From: an uncultured Gemmatimonadales bacterium
Lineage (GTDB): Bacteria > Gemmatimonadota > Gemmatimonadetes > Longimicrobiales > Gaopeijiaceae
Assembly (NCBI GenBank): GCA_963809895.1
Contig: CAWELD010000003.1
Coordinates: forward strand, 3,296,001 to 3,360,000
DNA length: 64,000 nucleotides
Direction: 5' to 3'
Shown: positions 20,049 through 30,435 of the stretch, one piece after another
How positions within the stretch are numbered: the first letter of the stretch is position 1
How the letters are laid out: each line of letters opens with the position of its first letter
Made by a program: the position numbers and the translations under genes
The notes under the pieces: model-generated
Told to the model about the DNA's origin: nothing
The model's input: only the letters and a program-made list of their open reading frames with translations
Databases searched by the model: none

Positions 20049-21104
20049 GTGACGCGGGACTCCTTGGTCGCCGAAGCGGTCCTCTCCATCGGGCAGGTCG
20101 GCGGGGACCGATACGAACTCTTCCGCGTGAGAGACGCCCGCTTCACTCCTGACGGCAGCATCGTCGTCGCCGACGGCGGCACGAACGAGATCCGGATCTT
20201 CGATGGGGACGGCACCTTCGTCCGGTCCCTCGGTGGCACGGGCCAGGGCCCAGGCGAGTTCATGCAGCTGTCGGCGATCTTCCCGAGTTCTGGGGATTCC
20301 GTCGTGGCATGGGACGCCGGATTGCGGCGAGCCTCCGTCTTCTCACTCGGCGGTGGATTCGGACGAACCATACGACTCGATCCCGCCTTGGCCGGGGCTC
20401 GATTGGCTGGCGTCACGGGGACCGGGCACCTGCTGGTGATCGACATGCGCTACGACGGCGCTGGAGATGGAGAGGTCACGCGCCTGAGAGAGGAACGATT
20501 CCTCTACGATGCCGACGGGCAACGGGTCGATAGCCTGGGTTCCGCGCCTGGCATGTTGGGAGCCGTGCGCACGATGGGGAGCGGCATGTGGCTGCGCCCC
20601 GCCCTCTTCAGACTGTCGACGAACTACGCCGTGGCCGGGGATCTCCTCTGGATCCAACGGAGCGATCTCGCTGGCTTGGAGGTTCAGCACATCGGGCGGG
20701 ACGGCCTTGCCGCGATCACATGGCGCGAACCTAGGATTGCCACGACCGAGGAGCATGCCTCCGCGTTCATATCAGAGCGCCTCAGAGGCATGACCGATCC
20801 TGATCAACGACGCGCGATGCGGCGCGATTTCGAGACCCGTCCCAGACCGGACTCCCTTCCGACCACGACCGATGTGGTGGCCGACGCCAGCGGCGCGGCG
20901 TGGGTGGCACGGTTCCTTCCACCCGGCAGTGGAGACTACGTCGAGTGGGTGGTGATCCGCGCCTCGGGCGATGTCCTGCGACGCGTTCGCATCCCTCGAG
21001 ACATGGAATTGCTCGACGTCCGGGAAGACCGGCTTCTCGTGCTCCAGCGCGACGCCCTGGATCTCGAGTACGTGCGAGTGTACGCCCTGGCCGGCAGTCT
21101 CTGA
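20049..21104 (+). CDS. 6-bladed beta-propeller (paralog 5); 5' signal region (~19950-20048) probably frameshifted
   Basis: GGTGQGPGEF; DASGAAWV; RDALDLEYVRVY; LHA-Q in frame just upstream. Confidence 0.85.
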   Translation: MTRDSLVAEAVLSIGQVGGDRYELFRVRDARFTPDGSIVVADGGTNEIRIFDGDGTFVRSLGGTGQGPGEFMQLSAIFPSSGDSVVAWDAGLRRASVFSLGGGFGRTIRLDPALAGARLAGVTGTGHLLVIDMRYDGAGDGEVTRLREERFLYDADGQRVDSLGSAPGMLGAVRTMGSGMWLRPALFRLSTNYAVAGDLLWIQRSDLAGLEVQHIGRDGLAAITWREPRIATTEEHASAFISERLRGMTDPDQRRAMRRDFETRPRPDSLPTTTDVVADASGAAWVARFLPPGSGDYVEWVVIRASGDVLRRVRIPRDMELLDVREDRLLVLQRDALDLEYVRVYALAGSL

Positions 21105-21215
21105 CCTTCGGTTTCGGTCCCCCCACCCGCGACACCCTGGCGCGTCAGACGCGATATAGTGTAGGGTGCGACACTCGGACCCCGCCCCGACGCCTCTGCC
21201 AAGCAAGGAACCCCG

Positions 21216-21791
21216 TTGACCCTCGCGCACGCTGCACCACGCCGTCGCCGCCGTCCAATCATCCTCGCGATGCTCGCCCCGCTTCTCGCCGCCTGCGCCT
21301 CCGGCGGCTCCAGCGCGCCACCGGCTCCCGACGTCGCGCCCTGCCCGGGCTATGAGTCGATGGAGCCCGAGCTGCTCCCACTCGGGCGCGAGAAGGAGCC
21401 GGGCCTCTTCGGTCCGCGCTACGTCGACCCCGGGGCGGTCGCTCCGCTGATGGAGCGGGAGCTGACGCGAGGCCAGGTGACGGAGACCGGAAGGGTTACA
21501 GTGCGGATCCAGGTGTCGGTCACGGGCTCCATCGAGTCACGGGAGATCATCTCGAACACGGCGGGCAACAAGCTGGGAAGAGCTGCCATGGACATCGCCC
21601 GTCAACTGAAGTTCCATCCCGCCGAACGAGCCGGGTGCGCGATCCCCTCACTGGTGGACTTCGAGCTCGCGACTGGGGCGAGGCGCCTGACCCATGATTC
21701 AACTCGCCCCGCTGCTCCTGCTCGTCGCCGCTCAGCCCGTGCCGGCCGAGGACACTGTCTGGAACAGCGGCGAGGGAACGCCCGTCATTGA
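21216..21791 (+). CDS. lipoprotein with TonB C-terminal domain (true end probably ~21690)
   Basis: lipobox LAAC; GRVTVRIQVSVTG.I....I..LGRAAMDIARQLKFHPA..G..I. Confidence 0.7.
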   Translation: MTLAHAAPRRRRRPIILAMLAPLLAACASGGSSAPPAPDVAPCPGYESMEPELLPLGREKEPGLFGPRYVDPGAVAPLMERELTRGQVTETGRVTVRIQVSVTGSIESREIISNTAGNKLGRAAMDIARQLKFHPAERAGCAIPSLVDFELATGARRLTHDSTRPAAPARRRSARAGRGHCLEQRRGNARH

Positions 21792-22836
21792 GCGCCCGTC
21801 GATCCCGACGATCTGGAAGAGCCCGCAGCTCGGCAACCCGACGACCATGGCGAAGTTGGGATCCCGACTCGTCATCGGCGATGGAGACCGGGTGCACATC
21901 ATCGAGCGCACGACACCGCACGGCCCCACCATCGGACGCCGGGGCGAAGGACCGGGCGAGTTCTCTCGCATCACAGCGGTGGGCACGATGGGTGACACGA
22001 TCGTCGTGCTCGATACGGGCAACCGCCGCTTCAGCCTGCTCGACTCCACCGGGGCGTCATTCGCCACCTTTCCGCTCCGACTTGCCAGGTTCATCAACCC
22101 GACGCGCCTTCGCATGACGCTCAGGATCTACCACGGCCGCGTCCTGTTCACGGCCGGGGAGCAGATCCACACAAACAGCCCCCAGCGGAAGGCACTCGCG
22201 GCACAACCGCTGAAGCCCCGTTCAGACGCCGAGGTGATCGATGATTGGACCGACGTCCAGTGGAAGGACTTCGGATCCTTCATGGGTCCGGGGACCGCAT
22301 TGGGCTCGCAGTGATCGTCGCCGCGGGTCCCGGCGGCGCCTATGTAGCAGGCGACGGTCAGGGATACTGCTTCACGCTGGTCCATCTCGACGGCCCCTCG
22401 ATCGACGTGTGCCGCGAGTGGGAGCGGCGGAAGGTCACGCGAACGATGCGTGACTCCGACCTCAGCGACCTCGAGGTTCAGCCCGAGCCCAGGATACCTG
22501 GCGGGAACCAAGAACATGCTCCGGGACCTCGAGGTGCCGGACGAGTTCCCCAGCTACTGGCAACTCCTGCCCACCGAGGATGGTGGCGTGTGGGTCGAGG
22601 CCGAGAAGGAGGAGTATCCCGAGATCCACCCGGCGCTGATCAACATCGACCCCGACGTTCGTTCCACGGTGAAGCGGTGGGAGGAGTTCACGGCATCCGG
22701 CGAGCTGACGCGAACGATCCTGCTCCCCGCCGACTTCAGTCCACTGGTGATCGAGGGCGACTACGTCGCGGGACTTCTCAGGATTCCCACCGGCGAGATC
22801 GTCATCGGAGCTCTCCAGGATATCGGCGGTGGGTGA
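21694..22836 (+). CDS. secreted beta-propeller (paralog 6), two frameshifts
   Basis: GRRGEGPGEF in ORF 21694; continues via ORFs 22245 and 22450 (EDGGVWV, WEEFTASGEL..LP). Confidence 0.7.
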
Positions 22837-22957
22837 TGAAGGGCCGCAGACTCCGCTCGGGGTTTGCACGCCGCCGGGACCCGACAGCGGACATTCCCCC
22901 ACGACGTATGGCTCGCTGACCCCCGCCCCACATCCCCCGGAATCCTCCGAGGCCACC

Positions 22958-23864
22958 ATGGTCGAGACCAAGACGCCTTCACGCGCCCGCGCTCACCGGT
23001 CCAGAGGCGCCACGTCGCTGAGTTGGATCCTGCTCGTGGTCGGCCTCGCTCTGATCGCCACGATCGCGTTGGCCCTGCGGACTCGAACGGCGACGCGCGA
23101 AGCCGCCCAGTCCGCCAACGAGGCGTCCGCCGAATGCTGGCCCCGTCACGGTACCGCCGGAGGTGATGGAGAACTTCGAGAACATCCCGGCTGAGACCTG
23201 GAATCGGGTCGGCACCACGGGAGCCCGGATGCCCATCAACGTCGGCGACGAGGACGCGACCGACGAGGGCAAGGCCGTGGTGCTCTACATCGGCGCCGGC
23301 TACTGCCCGTACTGCGCTGCCGCCCGCTGGTCCATGATCGCGGCGCTCTCACGCTTCGGTGAATTCTCGGGCCTCACCTACTCGACGTCGTCGAGCATGG
23401 ACGTGTATCCGAGCAGCCCCACCTTCTCGTTCTACGGCGCCACCTACTCCAGCGACTACCTCGAGCTGCAGAGCGTCGAGCTGGCCAGTGAGGTGATGAT
23501 GCCCAACGGCCGCTATGCGCCGCTCGAGAACCCGAGCGACGATCAGGTGGCCCTGCTGCAGAAGTACGATGGTCCACCGTACATCGACGAGCAGTCCGCG
23601 GGCGGCATCCCCTTCATCCTGGTCGGTGGCAAGTACATGTGGAGCGGATCTCCCTTCTCGCCCCAGGTGCTCGCCAACCAGACGCAGCCCGAGATCGCGG
23701 CGACGCTTCCCGGGGGCTCCGGTCCCGCGGCACGCGCCATCCTGGCAAACGCGCTCGTGTTCACGGCGACCGTGTGCTCGGTGAACGGTGGCCAGCCCAC
23801 CGAGGTCTGCTCGGACCCGGCGGTGCAGCAAGCGATGGAGGCGCTCCCGAGCGAGACTCCGTGA
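22958..23864 (+). CDS. DUF929-like membrane-anchored thioredoxin-fold protein, frameshift ~23130-23160
   Basis: [30 protein letters not shown] cis-Pro motif, C-terminal C..GGQP.EVC; TM anchor in ORF 22829. Confidence 0.8.
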
Positions 23865-24310
23865 GCCGTCGGACCTGGCGGGACGGCGCCCGGCTGGCCC
23901 TCTCCGCAGCGGGATTGCTGATCTCGGCCTACCTCACGCTCCTGCACTACGACAGCGACGTGCCGCTGGTTTGCTCCGCCGGATCGTACGTCGATTGCGA
24001 GACCGTGCTTAGCAGCAGCGCCTCCATGGTCCTGGGGCTGCCGGTGGCACTCTGGGGATTCCTCTGGTTTGCGGTGGCCTTCCTGTTCGCCGTACTGTCC
24101 GTTCGTGCCCGGCCCCGTGGCGAGCCGCCCCCCTTCGCCACATCCGGGCTCCTGTGGACTCTGATCGGCACCGCCACGGTCCTATGGCTCATCTATCAGG
24201 AAGTCGGCGTGATCGGAAAGCTGTGCGCCTGGTGCACGGCCGTTCACGTGCTGGTGCTGGCCATGCTCGTGGTCCAGGTGACGGGGGAGCCGGCCGAACG
24301 CAGCCCGTAG
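23861..24310 (+). CDS. vitamin K epoxide reductase (VKOR) family protein
   Basis: GTGA overlap; loop C-x7-C-ETVLSS, LGLP, active-site CAWC; 4 TM. Confidence 0.92.
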   Translation: MSRRTWRDGARLALSAAGLLISAYLTLLHYDSDVPLVCSAGSYVDCETVLSSSASMVLGLPVALWGFLWFAVAFLFAVLSVRARPRGEPPPFATSGLLWTLIGTATVLWLIYQEVGVIGKLCAWCTAVHVLVLAMLVVQVTGEPAERSP

Positions 24311-24339
24311 CCCCTGCGGCGGCGGGCGGCACAGCCCGC

Positions 24340-25590
24340 ATGAGGCGAGGCGCCTTCGCAGGGCTCGCACTCGGGGTCTCGATTCTCGGGGGATGCCAGG
24401 CCGGCGCGGAAAGCGCGCCGAACGAAGCCTCGGTCACCGACAGCGCCGGCGTGAGCATCGTCCGCAACACGGCGGGTGACCGAACGCTCGCGGTGACCGA
24501 GGTCCTGCGGATGGGCGTGGTCGAAGGGGATCCCAACCTGCTGTTCCACAGGGTGCGGTCGTTGGCGGTCACGCCGGCCGGCGACATCTGGGTCGCCGAT
24601 TCGAATGAGAGCGTCCGTCACTACTCCTCCGCGGGAGCCTATGTGGGCAGCGTGGGCAGGCAGGGCGAGGGGCCCGGCGAAGCGTCGCGGGGATACGGAG
24701 CCGTCTGGGTGGGCGAGGGCTTCGTGGGAGCGCTCGCCGCTGGAGCGGACATCCAGGTCTTCTCGTTCGACGGGACCTACCGGACCTCGCGGCCTTCGCG
24801 CACCGCCTCGGGCTCGTTCACGATCCCGCTCGCCCCTCGGGGGCACGGCTGGACGTTGCACCTTCTGGGGTTCGAACCTGTGAGCGAATCCCGAGCGCAG
24901 CGGACCTGGACCATTGCGGCCGGCGGACTCGGTGACGGGCCGGTCGACACATTGCTCGAACTCCCCGGCGAGGCCATGACGGGGATGGGCGCCGAGTGGA
25001 CGCGGAACTCGTATTTCGAAGGGCGACCTTCTCTCGCGGCGGACGAGGAGGGTGACGTCTACGTTTCCGATCCCCGGGAGTACCGAATCGAGTACTACGA
25101 TGCCTCGGGCGACTTGAAGCGCATCGTGCAGCGTGACGTCGCACCCGCGCCGTATCCGACGGGGCTCGAAGACGCGGTGGCCGAGGGGATCCGCGCCGAG
25201 TGGGGAGCACGCGGACAGCCCTCGGACGAGAACATGGTCCAGCGCATGGTCGCCCGCGCCCTCCCATCCGACCCACCGGAGCACCTGCCCTTCCTGCAAT
25301 CCCTCTTCGTGTCGAGAGACGGGTACCTCTGGGCCCTGCGCGCGGACCTGCATCCGCGACCCGCGATGCGAGCGGTGGCCGGGGCGTTCGGCTTCATACG
25401 CTCAGTGTGGCCCGAGGCATGGCGGGCGCCCGTGCATTTCGACCTCTTCACCCCAGAGGGCCACTACCGCGGTAGCGTGGAGCTCCCCTCCGAGTTCGTC
25501 CCGCTCACGGTCACCCGGGGCCGCGTCTACGGCACCGAGTTCGACGAGCTGGAGGTGGAGCGGGTGGTGGCGTACGAGATCCGACCGTGA
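24340..25590 (+). CDS. 6-bladed beta-propeller lipoprotein (paralog 7)
   Basis: LGGC; TDSAGV; GRQGEGPGE; DELEVERVVAY. Confidence 0.85.
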   Translation: MRRGAFAGLALGVSILGGCQAGAESAPNEASVTDSAGVSIVRNTAGDRTLAVTEVLRMGVVEGDPNLLFHRVRSLAVTPAGDIWVADSNESVRHYSSAGAYVGSVGRQGEGPGEASRGYGAVWVGEGFVGALAAGADIQVFSFDGTYRTSRPSRTASGSFTIPLAPRGHGWTLHLLGFEPVSESRAQRTWTIAAGGLGDGPVDTLLELPGEAMTGMGAEWTRNSYFEGRPSLAADEEGDVYVSDPREYRIEYYDASGDLKRIVQRDVAPAPYPTGLEDAVAEGIRAEWGARGQPSDENMVQRMVARALPSDPPEHLPFLQSLFVSRDGYLWALRADLHPRPAMRAVAGAFGFIRSVWPEAWRAPVHFDLFTPEGHYRGSVELPSEFVPLTVTRGRVYGTEFDELEVERVVAYEIRP

Positions 25591-25609
25591 TGACGCGCGG
25601 GGACGAGCC

Positions 25610-26272
25610 GTGAAGGTGGTCCTCGTCGGAGCCAGCGGCATGATCGGCGGCGGCGTGCTCACCGAGTGCCTTGCGGATCCGCGTGTCGAGGCCGTGACCT
25701 GCCTCGTGCGGCGACCCCTGGGGAGGGAGGATCCCAAGGTGCGCGAGGTGATCGTGCCCGACCTCTTCGACCTCGCCTCGCACCGCGATGAGCTCGACCC
25801 CTTCGACGCCTGCTTCTACTGCCTCGGCGTCTCGTCGGCGGGCATGTCCGAGTCCGACTATCGACGGATCACCTACGACCTCACACTCGCCGTCGTGGAA
25901 GTGCTGGCTGAGGTCAATCCCCACATGACGATCTGCTTCGTGTCCGGCCAGGGCACCGACAGCAGCGAGAAGGGCCGCGTGATGTGGGCGCGGGTGAAGG
26001 GGGCGGCGGAGAATGCTCTGATCGCCCGCGAGTTCACCACGTATCTCTTCCGACCCGGCCTCATCCAGCCCATGAAAGGCGCCCGCTCGAGAACCCGGCT
26101 GTACAACGCGTTCTACGCGCTCCTCACGCCGGCGTGGCCCATCCTCCGCCGTCTCTTCCCGGGCTCGATCACCACCACCGAGCGCATGGGCCGCGCCATG
26201 ATCCGGGCAGCGATCGACGGCTGCGAAAAGCAGGTTCTGGAGACCAGAGATATCAACCAGCTCGGGAGCTGA
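25610..26272 (+). CDS. NAD(P)H-binding epimerase-like (atypical SDR) protein
   Basis: VVLVGASGMIG; FDACFYCLGVSS; WARVKG..EN; FRPG. Confidence 0.9.
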   Translation: MKVVLVGASGMIGGGVLTECLADPRVEAVTCLVRRPLGREDPKVREVIVPDLFDLASHRDELDPFDACFYCLGVSSAGMSESDYRRITYDLTLAVVEVLAEVNPHMTICFVSGQGTDSSEKGRVMWARVKGAAENALIAREFTTYLFRPGLIQPMKGARSRTRLYNAFYALLTPAWPILRRLFPGSITTTERMGRAMIRAAIDGCEKQVLETRDINQLGS

Positions 26273-26275
26273 CTC

Positions 26276-27453
26276 ATGCCCCGCACCATCGCGGCCCTCG
26301 CCATCGTCACCATCCTCGCAGCCTGCGAGCCGTCCTCTCCGGAGAACCAGGCGGCCACCTACGAAGAGCTGCCGGAGCTCCCGGTCGAAGTGACGGCCGT
26401 GATCGGAGGCGCGGCTGCCACCGGGCCAGCTGCACTCGGCCTCGTCCGGGACGTCGCCCTGTTGCATGACGCGGATCGGCTCGCAGTCGCGGACTGGGAC
26501 TCCCAGGAGATCCGTGTCTTCGACCTCCGCGGCCAGTACGTGGAAACGCTCGGTCGACGAGGGGAGGGCCCGGGAGAGTTCAAGGCACTGGGCCATGTGG
26601 CGAGCTTTCCCGGCGGGGCGGTCGTCGGGTGGGACGAAGGCGCGCGCAGGGTGACGATGTTCCTGGACGATGGCTTGGCCACCATCGAGCCCGATCTCTC
26701 GGTGTTCCCCCAGCGGGGCCCAGCGTTCCTGGGACTCTGGCCCGACACCACGCTCGTCCTTCGTCTGGACCTGAACACCCAGCTGCTCAGAGGCCACCCC
26801 GCCGGGCCGATCGTGGACACGGTGCGCGTCGCGCGATTCAATCGCCAGGGACAGGTCATCGGGACGCCCGATACGGTGGTGGGGCCCACGCAGACCTTCT
26901 TCGACAATGGTCAGTTCTGGGGCATGGACAGAGCCATCCTCGGGGCAACACTCCATTCGACGATGGGCGGCAATCTGTTGGTCGTGAGCCACGGGAGAGA
27001 ACTCGGCCCTGCGCGTGCACCGCTACGACGGCGAGGTTACCCGCGTGGAGGTCCCTCTTCCGACCCCGACACCCACCAAGGACCAGATCGACGCCGAGCG
27101 CGAGCAACGCATGGCGTCGGTTCGCGCGCCGCGGATCCCCGGCTCCGACCTGGAAGCCCAGATGCGCGAGATCATCGGCAGATCTGCCGTCCGCCGCCAC
27201 CATACCGGCTTTCGACGACCTGGCGAGCGGCCCCACCGGCGCGTTGTGGGTCCGGCGCTACCTGATGCCGGGCGACTCCATCGCCCACTGGCTGCTCCGT
27301 GACCCCGGCGGTGCGTGGCGCGGTCACGTCTCGCTCCCCGCGGACGAACGATTCATGTCGGGCACGTCGACCCATCTGGTCACCGTGGGCCGCGACGAGC
27401 TCAACGCGTCCGTGGTGCGTGTGTACTCGGTGGGGGCGCCGGGCGCGCCGTGA
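26276..27453 (+). CDS. 6-bladed beta-propeller lipoprotein (paralog 8), two frameshifts
   Basis: LAAC; GRRGEGPGEF; continues via ORFs 27015 and 26629 (GALWV, RDELNASVVRVY). Confidence 0.8.
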
Positions 27454-27986
27454 ATCGACGACGGCATCCCCGGGGCCTCAACGCCGCTCCTTTGATCGCA
27501 GCCGCGGCGAGTCTCTCGCTCGTGGCGTGTGGGCGCGGCGCGGTGGACCCCCAAACCGTCAGCAGGGTGAGCGACGATTCCGGTCTCGTCTTCGAGGTCG
27601 AACGCGAAGCCAGGCGGGCGAGCGACAGCCTCGTCTGGGTCGGCAGGATCATCAACGAGTCCCCGGCGCCCGTCGAGCTGCGGTTCGGATTCTGCGCGCT
27701 CGATGTGCGGGCGTGGAAGGTCGACACCGATGGGCCCGTCTGGCGATCGGAGGACCGGCAGTCGTATCCGCCTGTCGGTATCCGGTACTGTCCACACCAA
27801 CTCACGATCGCGACGCTCGAGGCGGGCGACTCCATTCGGCCCCGCGAGTTTCGGCTCACAGTGCCCGTGATGGAAATCCTGGGCGACAGTCTGGCTGAAG
27901 GCCTCTATCGTTTCCGGGGTCGAATCCAGCTCATCAACCGTGAAGTGCCCTGGATTCCTCTCGGTGAGGCGACGCTGAAACGATGA
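27450..27986 (+). CDS. hypothetical lipoprotein (Ig-like beta-sandwich)
   Basis: GTGA overlap; LVAC; N.S..PVEL.F..C..VWRS..C..L..G.Y pattern. Confidence 0.6.
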   Translation: MNRRRHPRGLNAAPLIAAAASLSLVACGRGAVDPQTVSRVSDDSGLVFEVEREARRASDSLVWVGRIINESPAPVELRFGFCALDVRAWKVDTDGPVWRSEDRQSYPPVGIRYCPHQLTIATLEAGDSIRPREFRLTVPVMEILGDSLAEGLYRFRGRIQLINREVPWIPLGEATLKR

Positions 27987-28207
27987 CGCGCGTGCACCGG
28001 AATCCCCAGAACGATGCAGAAGCAGGTTCATGGCGTCAGCCGCTCGTGTATGACATCCTGAGTCCGGACGGTCGCTTGGTGGGTCGCGTGGAATTGCCAT
28101 TCGGGGTCGAGCCGAGAGCAGCCCGCGGACGCGTGTTGTGGGCTCTCGCCCGGGGTGAGCTCGGCGAGCCTCAACTGGTCAAGTTCCGTCTGGGACCGGC
28201 GGGCTGA
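27983..28207 (+). pseudogene. orphan C-terminal blade of a beta-propeller paralog
   Basis: YDILSPDGRLVGRVELP..LW...RGELGEPQLVKFRL matches paralog C-termini; no signal peptide or GPGEF. Confidence 0.75.
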
Positions 28208-28249
28208 CACCCGCGCCCCCCAACTCACAGCGCGAAAGGACCGGACCGC

Positions 28250-28552
28250 ATGTACGGCCTCATCGGAAAGATCATGGTCACCGAAGGACGGCGGCAGGAG
28301 CTCGCCGACATTCTCATGTCGGGGGTCGGGGGGATGCCAGGCTGCCTGAGTTACGTCGTCGCCGAGGACCCGAGCGACGACAACGCGCTCTGGGTGACCG
28401 AGGTGTGGGACTCGGAAGAGAGCCATCAGGCCTCGTTGTCGCTTCCCTCGGTCCAGGAGGCGATCCGCAAGGGGCGCCCGTTCATCGAGGGATTCGGGGA
28501 GCGCTTCGTGACCAAGCCCCTGGGGGGCTATGGGCTGGAAGGCAGCAGGTAA
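28250..28552 (+). CDS. antibiotic biosynthesis monooxygenase (ABM) family
   Basis: MPGCLSYVVAED..WVTEVWDSEESHQASL. Confidence 0.9.
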   Translation: MYGLIGKIMVTEGRRQELADILMSGVGGMPGCLSYVVAEDPSDDNALWVTEVWDSEESHQASLSLPSVQEAIRKGRPFIEGFGERFVTKPLGGYGLEGSR

Positions 28553-28651
28553 GCGGGGGCGGGCGTGATCGATCCATGGGCAAACGGGGCGAGATTCTCA
28601 AGGGAAGCTCGGCCGCCCGGTTGGTGTGGGTGGCGAACGTGCTGATGCTCG

Positions 28652-28835
28652 TTGTTGGACTTTGCAGCCAGAGTCCCTCGCCTCGCCGGGAGACGGCTGC
28701 GTTCTACAGGATTATCCTGGACTTCGCAGCCGGCGCCCTGGGCCCGAGGGACTGTGGCTGCAATCACCCGGACTATCCTGGACTTTGCAGCCGACGCCCT
28801 CGCCCCGGCTCGATTGTGGCTGCGTATTGCAGGAT
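28652..28835. repeat. palindromic repeat family II: three ~61-bp tandem hairpin units
   Basis: ATCCTGGACTTYGCAGCC-N24/25-GGCTGC-N6-C(A/C)GGA(T/C); TGGAC at 28656, 28718, 28779. Confidence 0.85.
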
Positions 28836-28934
28836 CGCTCCGAGCCCTGAAAGCCGCGTGCGCCGACCGCCGCACCCCTCGCCCCGACCCTCGGAGCCCG
28901 TACAATGACGCACCGGACACCGAGGCGGACCGGC

Positions 28935-30093
28935 ATGCGCTCCCTCGCGTGGCTCCTGCTGGCACCGGCTCATCTGACCGCACAGCTCCCGCAGCGCACC
29001 CTGGTGGCGACCTTCCGCCTCGGTGGCGTGAACGCGCCGGAGTACGCCGCCTTCGCGCGCGAGCCGACCATCGTGGCCGACTCGGACGGCACCATCTTCG
29101 TGCGCACGGCGCAGCCTCCCACGATCAACGTCTTCGATGCGCAAGGTCGCTTCGTGCGCACGATCGGGCGCGAGGGCGAGGGTCCCGGAGAATTCACGAT
29201 CGCAGGGCGGCACGGCGTCCTGGCCGACACGCTGTGGGTACTCGACCCGGTGAACGCGCGCGTCACGCTCTTCGACCGCGAAGGCACGGTGCTCGCCACC
29301 CGTCCGTCCAATCCCGACGGCCGGGGCACCGACTTCGGGTCCCAGCAGTTCACCACCGTCCCGCTGCTCGGCGGACACGTGATCCAGATTCCTGGGATGC
29401 CCCCACCGGGCACCGATCATCCCCTCGAGGCGCCGATCCGCTTCAGGCCAGACGCCTCCGAGAGCCCTCGCCAGGTCGGGACGCTCACCGTGCCCACGGA
29501 CGGCTTGCTGGTGCCCGGGGTCGGCGTCTTCTGGCTGCGAGACTTCCCGGCCTTTCCACCCCTGATCTCGGTCGCGAGCAATGGAGGGGGATGGGCCTAC
29601 GTGGACGACGACGAGGCGAATCCCGCGGCGGCAGTGATCTCGCGCTATTCCGCGTCCGGCGAGCTCGTCTGGACCCGGACCCTGGAATCCCCCCGGACAC
29701 CGGTCTCCGACACCGCTCGCGACCGCCTCGTCGACGCCGCGCTCGAGATCTTCACGCCGGACGTGTTGGAAAGCACCCGTCGCTGGGCCGAGGCCCAGGG
29801 CGAGCCGGCACCCCGCGGCACTCGCAAGGACATGGTCGAGGACGCTCTCGGCCTCCCGGACTTCTACGCGCCGTTCGATGACGTGGTGATGGGACGCGAC
29901 GGGAGCGTGTGGCTCCGCCGGGGCAGCGAGGGTCGAGACGCCGAGTGGCTGATCCTGGACCCCCCGGCGAGCCACGCTTCACGGCCCGGCTGCCTCGCCG
30001 ATGGCCGTGCGCGAAGCGACCATCGAGACGGTCTGGACCACGGTGCTCGATGAGCTCGACGTGCCGTACGTCGTCCGCTTCGACGTGCGCTGA
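28935..30093 (+). CDS. secreted 6-bladed beta-propeller (paralog 9), frameshift(s) ~29965-30010
   Basis: LTA-Q; GREGEGPGEF; GRDGSVW; terminal LDELDVPYVVRF in shifted frame. Confidence 0.82.
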
Positions 30094-30094
30094 C

Positions 30095-30419
30095 ATGTAC
30101 ATCTACGTCTGGGAGTTCGACGTCGCCGAGGGCCACACGGCGGAGTTCGAGGAGATCTACGGACCCGAGGGTGCGTGGGTCGCTCTCTTCCGGCGCGCAC
30201 CGGGCTACCGCGCCACGCGCCTGGTTCGCTCTGCGGAGCACCGGCGGCGCTACTTCACCGTGGACGAGTGGGACAGCAAGGCGGGCTACGAGGATCTTTC
30301 GACGCGAGTTCGCCAACGAGTTCGAAGCGCTGGATCGCCGGTGCGAGTCCCTGACCGTGAGCGAGCAGCTCCGGCTCTCGGTCGACGGGACCGACGTCGA
30401 CCGCACGACCTCGACCTGA
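30095..30419 (+). CDS. ABM-family monooxygenase-like protein, frameshift ~30295
   Basis: MYIYVWEFDV..FEEIYGPEGAWVALF..PGY..YFTVDEW. Confidence 0.75.
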
Positions 30420-30435
30420 CCCCCGCGATCCGCGC

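Noticed and set aside
28652..28835. CRISPR array
   Set aside because: Linkers resemble each other, repeats are degenerate, only two full cores, no cas genes
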